From: an uncultured Candidatus Poseidoniales archaeon
GTDB lineage: Archaea; Thermoplasmatota; Poseidoniia; Poseidoniales; Poseidoniaceae
Assembly: GCA_905181715.1 (NCBI GenBank)
Contig: CAJIYT010000001.1
Span: 71-64,070 of the forward strand
DNA: 64,000 nt
Direction of reading: 5' to 3'
Below the pieces are notes generated by a model that was not told where the DNA came from, made no database searches, and worked only from the letters and a program-made list of their open reading frames with translations. Shown here in pieces: positions 62,342 to 64,000 of this stretch (its first letter is position 1; each line of letters opens with the position of its first letter). A program made the translations under genes and the position numbers.

Positions 62342-63013
62342 ATGCCGTTACTCATATTGATGCGCCACGGTCAATCACTGTGGAATGCTGCAAATCTCTT
62401 CACTGGTTGGGTCGATGTTCCCCTCACTGACAAGGGGATAGAAGAAGCGATTCAAGGTGGTAAGGGCATCGCTCACCTACCGATAGACGAGGTTCACACC
62501 TCTACTCTGATTAGAGCACAGATGACGGCGATGCTGGCCCTCTCGCAGCATGAAGAGGGCAAGAATCCAGTGATTTATCACAATAATGATGGTAGCGAAA
62601 GAGGAGATTGGAATCAGCCGAGAGGAGAGGTAGAATCAATCCTTCCAGTTCATGTCGCATGGCAATTAAACGAGAGGATGTATGGCGACCTTCAAGGTTT
62701 GAACCATCAGGTGATACGCGATAAATATGGCGATGAGCAAGTTCACATCTGGCGGCGGTCATTCGACATCTCACCTCCTGGTGGTGAATCTTTGCAGATG
62801 ACGGCAGCTCGTACAATTCCTTATCTTGATAAAGCGATAATACCCTCGTTAAATGAAGGTAAGAACATCTTTGTTTCCGCCCATGGCAATAGTCTTCGTA
62901 GCATTATCATGAGTATTGAGGATTTATCGCGCGAAGAAATTCTGAAACTTGAGGTTCCAACAGGTATTCCTCTCATCTATGAGTACGATAATGGTACATT
63001 TGTTCGCAAATGA
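62342..63013 (+). CDS. gpmA: 2,3-bisphosphoglycerate-dependent phosphoglycerate mutase
   Basis: LILMRHGQSLWNAANLFTGWVDVPLT, RRSFDISPPGGESL and SAHGNSLRSII. Alternative starts are TTG 62309 and ATG 62312. Confidence 0.88.
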   Translation: MPLLILMRHGQSLWNAANLFTGWVDVPLTDKGIEEAIQGGKGIAHLPIDEVHTSTLIRAQMTAMLALSQHEEGKNPVIYHNNDGSERGDWNQPRGEVESILPVHVAWQLNERMYGDLQGLNHQVIRDKYGDEQVHIWRRSFDISPPGGESLQMTAARTIPYLDKAIIPSLNEGKNIFVSAHGNSLRSIIMSIEDLSREEILKLEVPTGIPLIYEYDNGTFVRK

Positions 63014-63043
63014 ATTGATGCACTCCAACCGATTCGGACTGCT

Positions 63044-64000
63044 ATGCCCGAATGGTTGTATGACGGATACCCGGGGCGGGTACTCGTAGTCGATCTTTCT
63101 GCTGGCACCTGTGAATCCAGAGATGTCGACCATCAGGTTTTGATTGAATCGATTGGTGGAAAAGGACTAGCAACACGCTTACTAGTCGATTGGGATACTA
63201 CCGAAGAAGCATCATTTGACTTAGTTCATCCAGTTCATGGAGGTAGTGATGTTGCCCGTCATCCATCGACACCATTACTATTGATGACAGGGCCTTATCA
63301 GTCTTCAAAAGTAGGCTCTACAGGAAGGGCAGTAGTCTGTACCAGATCACCTCTTACCGACATTTTTCTCGACACCTATATCGGTGGTAACCTTGGCCAT
63401 GATTTACGTTTAGCAGGGTGGGAAGGGATTTTCATTCATGGCCGTAGTGATTCGCTCGTACGGCTTGAGGTCGATGACCTCAAAGCAACTCTGCATCCTG
63501 CTGGGGAATTATCTGGCCTGAGCACCTGGGAGACAGAGCAGAAATTACAAGGGTTGGGCGAATGTCTTTCCATCGGTCCTGCTGGAGAGAATCAAGTTCG
63601 GATAGCTTCGCCCATTACCGCCGGACGCAGAGCAGCTGGTCGCGGTGGTAGCGGTGCCCAATTCGGTTTTAAGAATCTCAAGGCGATCACAGTCAAGTGT
63701 TCCGGTGAAGCACGGTATGCTTCTGAACCCAATCTGATGTCTGCGGTGAAGAAACAGCGTGTTGAGATGGGAGTGAGGCGAAAGAATGGTGATCCATTCT
63801 ATTCCTTTGGCACTTCTCGTGGTCCTCTTTATGCTTCTGCGACCTCAAGGATGCCTACGGCAAATTACACCTCGACGACTGGCGCCCTAACCAAAATGGG
63901 AACTAAGGAGATATCCGGCCAATTGGACACTCGGAAACTGAGTGGAGAGCATTGGCATGAATCCCTCCCCAACGCCAAGCAATCAGCTTGTTGTGCTCCC
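63044..64000 (+). CDS. aor: aldehyde:ferredoxin oxidoreductase (tungstopterin AOR family), 3' end cut by window edge
   Basis: Not in the track because no stop lies in the window. Manual translation gives 319 open codons: MPEWLYDGYPGRVLVVDLSAGTCE...IGGKGLATRLL...LLLMTGPYQSSKVGSTGRAVVCTRSPLT...GRGGSGAQFGFKNLKAITV...GTSRGPLYASATSRMPTANY. Confidence 0.85.
   Translation, partial: MPEWLYDGYPGRVLVVDLSAGTCESRDVDHQVLIESIGGKGLATRLLVDWDTTEEASFDLVHPVHGGSDVARHPSTPLLLMTGPYQSSKVGSTGRAVVCTRSPLTDIFLDTYIGGNLGHDLRLAGWEGIFIHGRSDSLVRLEVDDLKATLHPAGELSGLSTWETEQKLQGLGECLSIGPAGENQVRIASPITAGRRAAGRGGSGAQFGFKNLKAITVKCSGEARYASEPNLMSAVKKQRVEMGVRRKNGDPFYSFGTSRGPLYASATSRMPTANYTSTTGALTKMGTKEISGQLDTRKLSGEHWHESLPNAKQSACCAP

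Overview
This is a 64-kb archaeal chromosomal segment. It is densely coded, with about 51 protein genes. I recognised no rRNA, tRNA, CRISPR array, transposase or integrase. The archaeal assignment rests on archaeal/eukaryal-type L15e, uS2, aIF-1A, Rio1, a Dim2-like KH protein, Taw1 and an 11-subunit complex I that lacks NuoEFG. The gene content (giant surface proteins, a mega-subtilase, a beta-oxidation fusion enzyme, AOR) suggests a marine heterotrophic Thermoplasmatota/Poseidoniales-like euryarchaeon, but that placement is inference only. Layout from left to right: (1) a partial DNA methyltransferase I found by manual translation (1-866, minus strand, missing from the ORF track), then an FkbM methyltransferase, a GltS-like FMN protein, TrmH, L15e, a PRC-barrel protein and RNase Z. 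(2) A 15-kb co-directional island of five membrane-anchored ectoproteins: a PKD protein with a zinc-ribbon tail, a 1,556-aa orphan giant, a translationally coupled small protein, a 1,509-aa S8 protease and a NEW3-like protein. (3) A tightly coupled nuoABCDHIJ1J2KLMN operon with unusual insertions in NuoH, NuoI and NuoL. (4) The aIF1A-Rio1-KH cluster. (5) A second surface-protein locus. (6) A Cas4-family nuclease interrupted by four predicted TM helices. (7) uS2, Dus, three stacked wHTH regulators, a FadB-like fusion and a glycosylation gene set, then Taw1. (8) A 540-bp intergenic region with repeats and a 55-aa sORF. (9) An FtsX/MacB-type ABC system with two different ATPases and a 1,184-aa permease carrying a pentapeptide-repeat ectodomain. 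(10) A cupin, a membrane protein, dPGM and a partial aldehyde:ferredoxin oxidoreductase (63044 to the window end, also missing from the track). The most unusual candidates are the surface-protein/protease island, the recurring zinc-ribbon cytoplasmic tails, the membrane-embedded Cas4-like nuclease and the ABC system. All function calls come from motifs I read in the translations; no database search was run.
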